From positions 64,395 through 128,394 of the forward strand of contig DAOTWF010000002.1 of NCBI GenBank assembly GCA_034435835.1: a stretch of DNA of 64,000 nucleotides. The letters are read 5' to 3'. Both the position numbers and the translations under genes were made by a program. Source of the stretch: Dehalococcoidia bacterium. GTDB lineage: Bacteria; Chloroflexota; Dehalococcoidia; GIF9; UBA5629. Shown here piece by piece: positions 27,235-36,587 of this stretch (positions are counted from its first letter, which is position 1; each line of letters starts with the position of its first letter). Under the pieces are notes generated by a model. The model ran no database searches and was not told the DNA's origin. It saw only the letters and a program-made list of their open reading frames with translations.

Positions 27235-29758
27235 GAATAACAAGCAGCACATAACCAGCCACAGCAGTATAGCACGGGCTATCTTTGCCGCTGCTGAGTC
27301 CATGGGGATCACAGATAGAAAAATGCTGGAGGAGCTTACCAGCCAAGTCATACAAAGGCTGGAACCAAAGCCTACCCTGCCTGGAATGGAGGACCTGGTG
27401 TCAAAACAGCAAAAGCAAAAACCATCGACCACCCAAATCAGAGATACAGTCAAACAGATCCTTGCAGAAAAACAGCAAGAGGTGGAAAAACCTGCACAGA
27501 AGCAAACGGTAACGGTGGCGGCATCTGGGACAGCAAGTTGGACAGGAATTGGATTGCAGCTTTCCCAAAATGCGCTCACTGTTCTGGAAAAAAGATATCT
27601 GAAAAAGGACAGCCAAGGGCAGGTTATTGAGACCCCTGAGGAAATGTTCCGCCGCGTAGCCAGACACATCGCCTCTGTGGAGACCACATACGACCCTAAA
27701 GCAAATGTCGGCTTCTGGGAAGAGAAATTCTACCAACTCGTGACTTCTCTGGAATTTCTGCCCAACTCTCCAACCCTCATGAACGCAGGCAGAGAACTCG
27801 GGCAACTATCCGCATGTTTCGTTATCCCCGTAGATGACTCCATGGAATCAATTTTTGATGCCGTAAAATATACAGCCCTCATCCACAAGAGCGGTGGCGG
27901 AACTGGTTTTTCATTCTCGCGTTTGCGTCCAAAGAACGACCGTGTCGGCTCTACCGGTGGCATCGCCAGTGGTCCCGTCTCTTTTATGCGTGCCTTTGAC
28001 ACCGCAACAGATGTTATCAAGCAGGGAGGTATGCGCCGTGGTGCCAATATGGCTATCCTCAGCGTCGACCACCCTGACATTTTGGAGTTTATCCACGCGA
28101 AAGAAGACCATAGAGCACTGACAAACTTTAACCTTTCGGTGGCTGTTACCGACGCGTTCATGCAAGCCGTGGAAAAGGGCGAAGACTATGATCTGATAAA
28201 CCCTCGAACCGGAGAGATCACTGGCAAACTTAATGCCAGAGAAGTATTCCAGAAAATCACGGAAATGGCATGGCGTACTGGGGATCCTGGTATTGTCTTC
28301 ATTGACACCATAAACAAGTTTAATCCGACCCCACACCTAGGAAAGATAGAAAGTACTAACCCATGTGGGGAACAACCCCTGCTGCCTTTCGAATCTTGCA
28401 ACTTGGGTTCCATAAATCTATCCAAGATGATTAAATACAACGGAGACAGTGCCGAGGTCGACTTCACAAAATTGGGTGAGGTGGTTAGACTCGCAGTCCG
28501 CTTCCTTGATAACGTTATTGACGCTAACAAGTTCCCGCTGCCGCAGATCGAGAAGATGACTAAATTGACCAGAAAGATAGGGCTCGGCGTTATGGGCTTT
28601 GCCGATATGCTCATTAAACTAGGTCTGCCGTACAACTCTGATAGAGCCCTAGAAATAGCCGAGAAAGTAATGCGATTTATATCCGAAGAAGCACTGAAAG
28701 AATCTGTGAAATTAGGCGTGGAACGAGGTGTGTTCCCAGCCTTTAAGGGAAGTATTTACGATACAGGCAATGGCATAAGGCCTAGAAATGCCTCGCGAAC
28801 TACCATTGCGCCGACAGGCACGCTGAGCATAATCGCCAACTGCTCTAGTGGCATTGAACCATTGTTTGCACTCACCTATACCCGCCATATCTTGGATGGC
28901 GCAGAACTCATCGAGGTCAATCCATACTTTGAGGAAGTAGCCAGGAAAGAGGGCTTCTATTCCCAAGAACTGATGGAAGGACTAGCTAAAGGTAAGAAGC
29001 TGAAAGACTTCGAAGGCGTCCCTGGTTGGATAAAGGAGGTTTTCGTCACCGCACATGACATCTCTCCTGAATGGCATGTGAAAATGCAGGCGGCTTTTCA
29101 AAAATACACCGATAGCGCCGTCTCCAAGACAGTGAACTTGCCCCACGAGGCGACGGTTGAAGATGTAGCAAATGTATTTATACTGGCATATAAACTCGGA
29201 CTGAAAGGGATAACAATTTATCGGGATCGCAGCCGTGAAAGCCAAGTATTGACTGTTAGTAAACTGAAGGAGCCCAGCCCCGCAACCTCGCTGAAACCGA
29301 GGCCCAGGCCCAAAGTTACCAAAGGAATCACAGAACGGGTTACCACAGGTTGTGGTTATATTTATGTCACAGTCAACTTCGATGAAAAGGGTGTATGTGA
29401 GGTATTTTCTAGCCTTGGAAAAGCGGGGGGATGCGCGTCGGCACAGCTCGAAGCTACTAGTAGGCTTATTTCGCTAGCTTTGAGGTCGGGTATTGATACA
29501 GCTTCAGTTACCAAACACCTTCGTGGTATCCGCTGTCCTTCAGTGGCTTGGGAGGAAGGACACGCTGTCCTTTCCTGCGCCGACGCGATCGCCAGCGTGC
29601 TCGAGAAATACATAAGAGACAGCCAGCCCAGCACCGCCCATGAACAGGAGATTACTGCCAAAAACTGGGCAGGACAGTGCCCCGAGTGCGGTAATATCTT
29701 GATTTACCAAGAGGGCTGTCATATTTGCCCCAGTTGCGGCTACACTAAATGCGGCTAG
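27215..29758 (+). CDS. nrdJ: Class II (adenosylcobalamin-dependent) ribonucleotide reductase with an N-terminal extension of about 115 aa
   Basis: 847 aa. The RNR core starts near LSQNALTVLEKRYL. Active-site region NPCGEQPLLPFESCNLGSINL. C-terminal zinc finger CPECG...CPSCG. The first 115 codons or so are an open, Q/K-rich frame. The start overlaps the nrdR 3' end by 20 nt. Confidence 0.88.
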   Translation: MSKQQNKNNKQHITSHSSIARAIFAAAESMGITDRKMLEELTSQVIQRLEPKPTLPGMEDLVSKQQKQKPSTTQIRDTVKQILAEKQQEVEKPAQKQTVTVAASGTASWTGIGLQLSQNALTVLEKRYLKKDSQGQVIETPEEMFRRVARHIASVETTYDPKANVGFWEEKFYQLVTSLEFLPNSPTLMNAGRELGQLSACFVIPVDDSMESIFDAVKYTALIHKSGGGTGFSFSRLRPKNDRVGSTGGIASGPVSFMRAFDTATDVIKQGGMRRGANMAILSVDHPDILEFIHAKEDHRALTNFNLSVAVTDAFMQAVEKGEDYDLINPRTGEITGKLNAREVFQKITEMAWRTGDPGIVFIDTINKFNPTPHLGKIESTNPCGEQPLLPFESCNLGSINLSKMIKYNGDSAEVDFTKLGEVVRLAVRFLDNVIDANKFPLPQIEKMTKLTRKIGLGVMGFADMLIKLGLPYNSDRALEIAEKVMRFISEEALKESVKLGVERGVFPAFKGSIYDTGNGIRPRNASRTTIAPTGTLSIIANCSSGIEPLFALTYTRHILDGAELIEVNPYFEEVARKEGFYSQELMEGLAKGKKLKDFEGVPGWIKEVFVTAHDISPEWHVKMQAAFQKYTDSAVSKTVNLPHEATVEDVANVFILAYKLGLKGITIYRDRSRESQVLTVSKLKEPSPATSLKPRPRPKVTKGITERVTTGCGYIYVTVNFDEKGVCEVFSSLGKAGGCASAQLEATSRLISLALRSGIDTASVTKHLRGIRCPSVAWEEGHAVLSCADAIASVLEKYIRDSQPSTAHEQEITAKNWAGQCPECGNILIYQEGCHICPSCGYTKCG

Positions 29759-29771
29759 CAGTCAATGTTAA

Positions 29772-31232
29772 TTGGAGGGGTGTGTGGAAGAATCCGAACT
29801 CAGCTATTCCCGAGCTTTCAAGCAAATAGCTAAAAGTGCTAACTCTTCGGTGCCTTTGGCAAAAATCCTGAACTCCATCGCCAGAAGCACCGCCAAAGCG
29901 CTCAGGGCTACTGGCTGCGCTATAATGCTCCTCAGTCCTCGGAAAAGACACCTGGACATCGTGGCTGCCTACGGCCTCAGTGACATGTATCTCAAAAAAG
30001 GGGTGCTGGATGCCAACAAGAGCCTCCACGAGGTCATGGAAGGAAAGACGATCGTAATTTTCAATGCCAAAGAGGATAAGCGAACCCAATACCCGCAGGC
30101 TGCAGATATGGAAAAAATCAGTTCTATCCTAGCAACCCCGATTTTCCAGGGCGGCGAGGTAATCGGGCAGATCCGCGTATATACCCACGAACCAAGACGC
30201 TATTCGCATACCGAAAAAGACTTCGTATTCACAGTAGCCAATATTGTCTCTATCGTACTCGAAAAAGCTGAACTGCACCAGACACTCGAAGACAGATACA
30301 CAGAAAAGATAGGTAAAAGCCAAAAGCTGACTGAAACACCCAAGCTGCCGCCCTCTTCTCTCAGGCCCTCGACCTTTGGGCATCCCAGCGAAGAGAAGTT
30401 TGCCAAGCTACTAGATTTCTACAGAATCGAATGGCTATACGAACCGCGCTCCTTCCCTATCCAGTGGCAGGGAGATCGCGTGACAGAAATGTTCACCCCT
30501 GATTTCTACCTGCCAGAACTGGATCTCTACATTGAGCTGACGACTCTGAAGCAAAGCCTTATTACAGAGAAAAACCGTAAGGTACGAAGACTCCGAGAGC
30601 TCTATCCAGACATAAATATCAAACTCTTGACCAAAAACGATTATTTGAAACTGCTGGCCAAGTATGGCTATGGAAACTTTGGTGCCACAAAGATACGAGG
30701 TATAGACCGTGTTCTGTTCAGCCATACACAAATCCAGCGCCGGGTAAAAGCACTGGCAAAACAGATTTCGAAAGACTACTCCGGCAAGAAGCTTGTCCTT
30801 GTGGGTGTACTTAAGGGGGTTGTCTGCTTCATGTCCGATATCATGCAGTATATCTCAATACCGCTTGATATCGATTTCATGGCTATTTCATATTATGGCA
30901 GCGACGGAGACACAGCAGTTAAAATAGCCAAGGACCTCGATATAGACATAACCGGACTGGATGTTCTTATGGTGGAAGACATTGTAGATACCGGGATGAC
31001 CCTAAACTATGTACTGGGACATCTGGCTTCTCAAGGACCCTCCAGCTTACGCGTTTGTACCCTGCTGGATAAGCGGGTACGCCGACTGGTCAATGTTCCA
31101 CTCCATTATGTTGGTTTTGAAATTCCGGACGAATTCGTCGTCGGTTACGGACTGGACTTCCATGGAGAATACCGAAATCTGCCTTTCATCGGCGTGCTCA
31201 ATCCGGAATTCGTCGAAGAGGACCAAAAATAA
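29772..31232 (+). CDS. hpt: Tri-domain fusion: GAF-like domain, PD-(D/E)XK-like middle domain, hypoxanthine phosphoribosyltransferase
   Basis: 486 aa. The C-terminal 175 aa or so are a full HPRT (LVLVGVLKGVVCF, PRPP loop VLMVEDIVDTGMTL, VVGYGLDF). The N-terminal 170 aa or so look GAF-like. The middle region has EWLYEP...FTPDFYLPELDLYIELT. An alternative start is the GTG at 29784, behind GGAGGGG. Confidence 0.75.
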   Translation: MEGCVEESELSYSRAFKQIAKSANSSVPLAKILNSIARSTAKALRATGCAIMLLSPRKRHLDIVAAYGLSDMYLKKGVLDANKSLHEVMEGKTIVIFNAKEDKRTQYPQAADMEKISSILATPIFQGGEVIGQIRVYTHEPRRYSHTEKDFVFTVANIVSIVLEKAELHQTLEDRYTEKIGKSQKLTETPKLPPSSLRPSTFGHPSEEKFAKLLDFYRIEWLYEPRSFPIQWQGDRVTEMFTPDFYLPELDLYIELTTLKQSLITEKNRKVRRLRELYPDINIKLLTKNDYLKLLAKYGYGNFGATKIRGIDRVLFSHTQIQRRVKALAKQISKDYSGKKLVLVGVLKGVVCFMSDIMQYISIPLDIDFMAISYYGSDGDTAVKIAKDLDIDITGLDVLMVEDIVDTGMTLNYVLGHLASQGPSSLRVCTLLDKRVRRLVNVPLHYVGFEIPDEFVVGYGLDFHGEYRNLPFIGVLNPEFVEEDQK

Positions 31233-31614
31233 CTTGCCCCAAGTAACCTCACTCTTTCCGACTCCTCGCCCTGCGCTTTTCGGCCTTCGCCTACCTTGCG
31301 CCAGCGTCTTGTCGCTCTGAGCTCAATTACTTGGGGCACTTTAACTTTACCATACTCGCTTGACCTTGTCAAGAGCCATCTGGCTCAGCGAAATAGCCTA
31401 CTAGGGGCATAACCCTTGAGCACACTGAGACGGAAAAGCTGACAAATGTCGATGGTAAACTCGCTCTTCAAAGAGCGATGTCACCCTATAGGCAGACGAT
31501 ACCTGCGTCTGGACTAATATGTACCATGTTGATATAATTTAAAAATGTTGATTTGTCCCTTGCTTCACAACTAATTATTCATCATTTTGTTCATTATTTG
31601 CGGGAGGAGCCTCT

Positions 31615-32853
31615 ATGGGAAAAATTTACATAATAGATGTAACGAACAGGGATGGAGTACAGACCGCCAATTTAGGACTGTCAAAGCTTGAAAAAACAAT
31701 GATAAATCTTTACCTCAATGAGATGGGAGTGTTCCAGTCTGAATTTGGCTTCCCCACAACCCGACACGAAACATATTACCTGCAGGCAAATTTGGAACTG
31801 GCTGAAATGGGGGTCCTCAAACCGATAAGGTTGGGTGGGTGGATTAGAGCTACTATAGAGGATGTAGAGATTGCCTTTAGGCTCGTACCAGGACTTAAGC
31901 ATCTTAACCTTTCAATCTCCACCTCTGACCAGATGATTCAGGGGAAATTTCTAGGACGCAAGACTCGGGACGACATTGTAAAAATGATGACCGACGCGGT
32001 AGACGCAGCACGGCAGTATGGCGCTGAATCTATCGGCGTCAATGCTGAAGATGCTTCAAGGACAGGCCTGGATTTCCTGATCAAATTTGCAACTCAGGCA
32101 AAGTTGCATGGCGCTGATAGGCTCAGATACTGTGACACACTGGGTTATGATAACCCTTTTACAATTTATGAAACCGTGAGAACGCTGGCAAAAGAAGTGG
32201 AGATGCCAATAGAGCTCCATTGCCACGGTGACCTTGGCATGGCGGTAGCGAACTCACTCGCCGGAGCAAAAGGCGTGCTGGACGCAGGTCAAGATGCCTA
32301 TATAAACACGACCGTCAACGGAATCGGTGAACGGGCTGGGAATGCCGATCTGATAGCAACTGTCCTCGCCATAACCAAATCCAAAGGTTTCGCTGGAAAA
32401 TACGAGCTGCGCAACCCCATCAAACTAAACATGGCTTGGAAAATAGCCAAATTTGCCAGCTACGCCTTCAAAGTGCCAATACCAATTAACCAGCCCGGGG
32501 TAGGCGCAAACGCATTTGCTCATGCTTCAGGTATCCATGCTGATGGTGTCCTGAAGGATCCACAGAACTATGAACTTTATAGCTACACTGAATTGGGGCG
32601 AGGTGAGCCGGAGCTTGTAGAGACAGGTAGTCAGATATGTACCGGCGAATATGGTGGAATTTCAGGCTTCAAACATGTCATGGGCAAAATGGCAGTCGAG
32701 TTCAAAGACGCCCAAGAAGCGGAGACGATACTGGAACTGGTTAGATATGCCAATGTAGCCTGTCAAAAGCCGCTGGTTGAAGATGAACTGCTGTTTATCG
32801 CTAAATATCCGCAGATCGCCAAGAAGATACTGACACTAACACCATTGGCGTAA
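31615..32853 (+). CDS. LeuA/NifV/CimA-family (DRE-TIM metallolyase) acyl-CoA:2-oxoacid condensing enzyme without regulatory domain; possible Re-citrate synthase
   Basis: 412 aa. DVTNRDGVQ stands in for the canonical DTTLRDGEQ. Metal site ELHCHGDLGMAVANSLAG, also GIGERAGNA. No LeuA C-terminal dimerisation/regulatory domain. RBS GGGAGGAG. Confidence 0.65.
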   Translation: MGKIYIIDVTNRDGVQTANLGLSKLEKTMINLYLNEMGVFQSEFGFPTTRHETYYLQANLELAEMGVLKPIRLGGWIRATIEDVEIAFRLVPGLKHLNLSISTSDQMIQGKFLGRKTRDDIVKMMTDAVDAARQYGAESIGVNAEDASRTGLDFLIKFATQAKLHGADRLRYCDTLGYDNPFTIYETVRTLAKEVEMPIELHCHGDLGMAVANSLAGAKGVLDAGQDAYINTTVNGIGERAGNADLIATVLAITKSKGFAGKYELRNPIKLNMAWKIAKFASYAFKVPIPINQPGVGANAFAHASGIHADGVLKDPQNYELYSYTELGRGEPELVETGSQICTGEYGGISGFKHVMGKMAVEFKDAQEAETILELVRYANVACQKPLVEDELLFIAKYPQIAKKILTLTPLA

Positions 32854-32910
32854 TTATCATAAAACTAGGTATACTTTTGCCCTTGATCAGGAGCCAGCAT
32901 AAAAGGCGAT

Positions 32911-33363
32911 TTGATAGCAGAACATAAAATCAACCTGACACCTATCGGGACAGTAAGAAACCAGATCAACGACACAAAACACAAAGACTGGCAATTGGTG
33001 ACCTCACAAATAGTGATAAAGAAAGACCTAGAAGCAGCACTGGACGGCATCGAGGGTTTCTCCCATCTTATTATCATCTACTGGATGCATAAATTGCCCC
33101 CAAATCAACACCCACCGAGCAAGGTGCACCCTAAAGGCAACCAGTCATTGCCACTGACAGGGGTATTCGCCACTCGTAGCCCAACACGCCCCAACCCTAT
33201 TGGTATGACAGTGGTGAAACTGCTTGGACACAGAGAGAATATCCTGGAGGTTGTAGGCCTCGACGCAGTGAACAACACCCCAGTACTTGACATTAAACCG
33301 TACATCCCGTCCCACGATTCAATCAGCGAAGCCACCACCCCAGAATGGCTTCATCCCGGCTGA
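32911..33363 (+). CDS. trmO: TsaA/YaeB-family tRNA m6t6A37 methyltransferase (TrmO)
   Basis: 150 aa with a TTG start. Motifs GVFATRSPTRPNPIG and PVLDIKPY. Confidence 0.8.
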   Translation: MIAEHKINLTPIGTVRNQINDTKHKDWQLVTSQIVIKKDLEAALDGIEGFSHLIIIYWMHKLPPNQHPPSKVHPKGNQSLPLTGVFATRSPTRPNPIGMTVVKLLGHRENILEVVGLDAVNNTPVLDIKPYIPSHDSISEATTPEWLHPG

Positions 33364-33428
33364 TATCTTTGTAGGCAAGAAGCGCTGTTGACGCAGTAAT
33401 AAAAAACGGCTTTAATATAAAGTGACCG

Positions 33429-33503
33429 GCGGGTGTAATTCAGCGGCAGAATGCTTGCTTCCCAAGCAAGACGTCGGCGGTTCGAATCCGCTCACCCGCT
33501 CCA
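33429..33503 (+). tRNA. tRNA-Gly (anticodon CCC)
   Basis: Manual cloverleaf: acceptor GCGGGTG/CACCCGC, D arm ATTC-AGCGGCA-GAAT, anticodon arm CTTGC-TTCCCAA-GCAAG, T arm GGCGG-TTCGAAT-CCGCT, discriminator T, encoded CCA. 75 nt. Confidence 0.92.
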
Positions 33504-33522
33504 GTCTGAAACCACCGATCGA

Positions 33523-33723
33523 TCAGGAATTTCCTGCTACACTACCTTCACTTGCTTCATGCTCATCGTCGGAACACCCGCAGCACTCACCTACCGCCCC
33601 TTCCAAAGTATATCCACAATTTGGACAGACTATCCTCTCGTCGGTAACCATGGTGTCACCTTCCTCTATGTAGAATTTGTCTAAATCACCCAGACACCTC
33701 GGGCACACCCAAGACCTAACCAT
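33523..33723 (-). CDS. Small zinc-ribbon protein (hypothetical)
   Basis: 66 aa. CPRC...CPNCG pairs and an acidic tail. 40 nt downstream of uvrC on the same strand. Confidence 0.5.
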   Translation of the reverse strand: MVRSWVCPRCLGDLDKFYIEEGDTMVTDERIVCPNCGYTLEGAVGECCGCSDDEHEASEGSVAGNS

Positions 33724-33763
33724 CGGAACTGCTCCATTTTATGTCAAATAACTTTGACAGCTT

Positions 33764-35575
33764 TTATAGGTATTCTTTTAATGTTTGAGCCACTTTATAG
33801 GTCATCCCCTTTACTGAAGCCAGCTCTTCCGCCGAGGCCTCCTTGATACGCCCCAGGGAACCAAACTTGAGCAGCAAAGCCTTCTTCCTCCTACTGCCTA
33901 TCCCCGGAACTGCATCGAGCAAGGATGCCACAGCCTCTCGGCGACGCAGATTCCGATGGTAGGTAATTGCAAAACGGTGTGCTTCGTCCCTCACCCTTTG
34001 AAGCAAGTGTAAAGCTGCAGAAGTTTTGGGAATTTCAATTGGGTGGTGGCTATTTGGTGTAAACAGTTCCTCATTCTCCTTGGCTAAACTCACTGCGGGG
34101 ATGTGCTTGATACCAAGCTCGCCCAGCACTTCAAGAGCCACATTAAGATGGCCCCTGCCACCATCTATGAGGATAAGATCAGGGGCCACCGACCACCTTT
34201 CCTCGTCCGCGAGAAAATGTCTGAAACGCCTTGTCAGCACCTCACGCACCATGGCATAGTCATCGATACGATCGGTTAGTGTAAGTCTGAACCTTCGATA
34301 TTGAGCTGGTTTAGGAAAACCGTGTTCAAACACAACCATACTACCTACCGTAAGCTTGCCCCTAATATTGGACACGTCATAGCCTTCTATTCTAGCCGGT
34401 GTAGTGGGTAAACCAAGTCTTTCCTTCAGTTCTTCTAAGATCAAAGTGGCCTGTACAGTTGTTGACTGTTTTGCTTGATACATGAGCAACCCCTGCCGCG
34501 TGTTTTCAGCGATTGTATCCATCAACTGCTTTTTGGCTCCGCGCTGCGGTACGACAATTTTAACGGACGCGCCTCGCAAGCTCGATAACCACTCTATCAG
34601 AACCTCCGGCTCTTCGGCAGGGTACTGGAGTAAGAGCAAAGACGGAATAGACGCGGCTGAAGCATAGTACTGCTTGATGAAGCTGGCCACAATATGTTCT
34701 GGCTCTTCACCGTAGATCCCCTCCAGCAAGAAATACTCACGCCCAACCAATCCATTGTTCCGTACAAAGAAGATCTCGACATAAGCCAGGTCTTTTGTCT
34801 GCGACATAGCAATGGCATCATAATTACCCTTCACCGTCACAGCTATTTTTTGTCCCTCAATAACTCTCTCAATAGCTTGAAGCTGGTCACGCAATGTTGC
34901 TGCCTTCTCAAACTCCAGCCTCTCCGAAGCCTCTTTCATATTCTTCCTTAGATCTCGCGTTACCAGTCGATGCTTACCTTCAAGAAATAGAATGACCTGC
35001 TTGATCATTTCCGCATACTGTTCTTTAGTAACAGCTCCGACACAGGGACCAAGACACCGCTTAATATGATATTCCAGACACGGTCGTGTTCCCTTGCCCG
35101 TAATACGTTTGGTACAGGAACGGAGAGGAAACATTTTTTTAAGCAATTTTAGGGTCTGCCGTACCGAAGCAGCACTGGCGAACGGACCAAAATACCTGCT
35201 ACCGTCTTTGTCAAAACGCCTCGTGATGCGCAGAGTAGGCCACTCGTCTCTCAGGTCTATTTTGAGATATGGAAAACTTTTGTCATCCTTGAGACGAACG
35301 TTATAGATCGGGTGGTATTTCTTTATGAGATTGCACTCTAGTATCAGGGCTTCCTGTTCAGAGTCAGTGACAATGGTCTCAACATCGTCTATACTGGCTA
35401 CCAGCTTCTGGTGCTTGGGAGAGAGTGCAGAGCCATGACCGAAGTAAGCCTGCACACGGCTGCTCAAACATGCTGCCTTGCCCACATATATAACATCGCC
35501 CTGGCTATCTTTGAAAATATAGACACCAGGCTTCGCTGGCAATGTTTTCAAGTGCTGTGCAGAAAATTTAGGCAT
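33764..35575 (-). CDS. uvrC: Excinuclease ABC subunit C
   Basis: 603 aa. GIY-YIG region PGVYIFKDSQGDVIYVGKA. UVR domain and C-terminal HhH region (VPGIGSRRKKALLLKFGS). Confidence 0.93.
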   Translation of the reverse strand: MPKFSAQHLKTLPAKPGVYIFKDSQGDVIYVGKAACLSSRVQAYFGHGSALSPKHQKLVASIDDVETIVTDSEQEALILECNLIKKYHPIYNVRLKDDKSFPYLKIDLRDEWPTLRITRRFDKDGSRYFGPFASAASVRQTLKLLKKMFPLRSCTKRITGKGTRPCLEYHIKRCLGPCVGAVTKEQYAEMIKQVILFLEGKHRLVTRDLRKNMKEASERLEFEKAATLRDQLQAIERVIEGQKIAVTVKGNYDAIAMSQTKDLAYVEIFFVRNNGLVGREYFLLEGIYGEEPEHIVASFIKQYYASAASIPSLLLLQYPAEEPEVLIEWLSSLRGASVKIVVPQRGAKKQLMDTIAENTRQGLLMYQAKQSTTVQATLILEELKERLGLPTTPARIEGYDVSNIRGKLTVGSMVVFEHGFPKPAQYRRFRLTLTDRIDDYAMVREVLTRRFRHFLADEERWSVAPDLILIDGGRGHLNVALEVLGELGIKHIPAVSLAKENEELFTPNSHHPIEIPKTSAALHLLQRVRDEAHRFAITYHRNLRRREAVASLLDAVPGIGSRRKKALLLKFGSLGRIKEASAEELASVKGMTYKVAQTLKEYL

Positions 35576-35663
35576 CTTTTGAATCTATTGTAACACTGGA
35601 TAATAACTCAGCAAAAGCCACCTTAAATTTAACTGCAGCGATATTAGCCCCGTCCTTGACTTT

Positions 35664-36560
35664 ATGTTAAAATATAGGTTGGCAATGCTTTCCCAAATTC
35701 GAGCAAATATAGAGCCTTTTTTACGCCACTTAGGCGAAGAAAAAAAGTATTCTCAGAATACCCTGCTTGCCTACGCTGGAGATTTGAACCAGTTGGTTGA
35801 TTATGCGGAGTCAGCATCTCCTAATGAATCACAGGAGCAACTGCGCCTAGATGCAAAGTTACTGGCTGGATACTTGCGCTCCCTCAGAGAAAAAGGCTAC
35901 AAGGCGTCCACCATAGCACGCAAGGTTGCCGCCGCAAAGTCTTTCATAACATTCCTCCAAAAAAGGGGGGTATTATGGGGCGACCTGACACCTGTGTTAG
36001 CTTCACCCAAAGTGAGAAAGTCAGCGCCAAGACCTCTGTCCGTGTCGGACATCAGAAATCTGCTGGCTGAGCCAGCCAAACTCTCAACGCCTGAGGCAAA
36101 GAGGGACAAGGCAATGCTAGAATTGCTTTACGCCACGGGCTTAAGGGTCAGTGAGCTCATGGCGCTGAATGTGAAAGATGTCAACCTGAGAAAGAACTTC
36201 GTCAAATGCGCAAGTCGCGGTTCCACAGTAAGGATCATACCCATCGATGACAGGGTCGCTCAGATTGTGAAAGAATACCGTGACAGCGCACGCCTGCAGC
36301 TAATCAACAACGAAAGAGAGGCTGCCCTTTTTGTAAACAGACGTGGTGAACGGTTGACACGTCAAGGCTTTTGGCAAATAGTGCAAGGCTATGCCAATAA
36401 AGCCGGACTAAATACCAAAGTGACCCCTCGGAATATCAGACACAGCTTTGCCATCCAAAAATTGATAAATGGCGCTGACCTGCAGTCAGTTAAGGAACTT
36501 CTTGGTCACTCCCATATTTCCACCACCAAGGCTTATACCCAGGTAGAAACAATCGGTTAG
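35664..36560 (+). CDS. Tyrosine recombinase, XerC/XerD family
   Basis: 298 aa. Motifs LLYATGLRVSEL and IRHSFAIQKL...LLGHSHISTTKAYTQV (the R..H-R-Y catalytic set). The true start may be the ATG at 35685 (MLSQIR). Confidence 0.85.
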   Translation: MLKYRLAMLSQIRANIEPFLRHLGEEKKYSQNTLLAYAGDLNQLVDYAESASPNESQEQLRLDAKLLAGYLRSLREKGYKASTIARKVAAAKSFITFLQKRGVLWGDLTPVLASPKVRKSAPRPLSVSDIRNLLAEPAKLSTPEAKRDKAMLELLYATGLRVSELMALNVKDVNLRKNFVKCASRGSTVRIIPIDDRVAQIVKEYRDSARLQLINNEREAALFVNRRGERLTRQGFWQIVQGYANKAGLNTKVTPRNIRHSFAIQKLINGADLQSVKELLGHSHISTTKAYTQVETIG

Positions 36561-36587
36561 TACTGTACGATAAACGAAAGGCAAACT

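Noticed and set aside
35664-36560. Tyrosine recombinase considered as a marker of a mobile element.
   Set aside because: Its sequence pattern and housekeeping neighbours (uvrC, pcm) fit a chromosomal XerC/XerD dimer-resolution enzyme. No att-like repeats or cargo genes are present.
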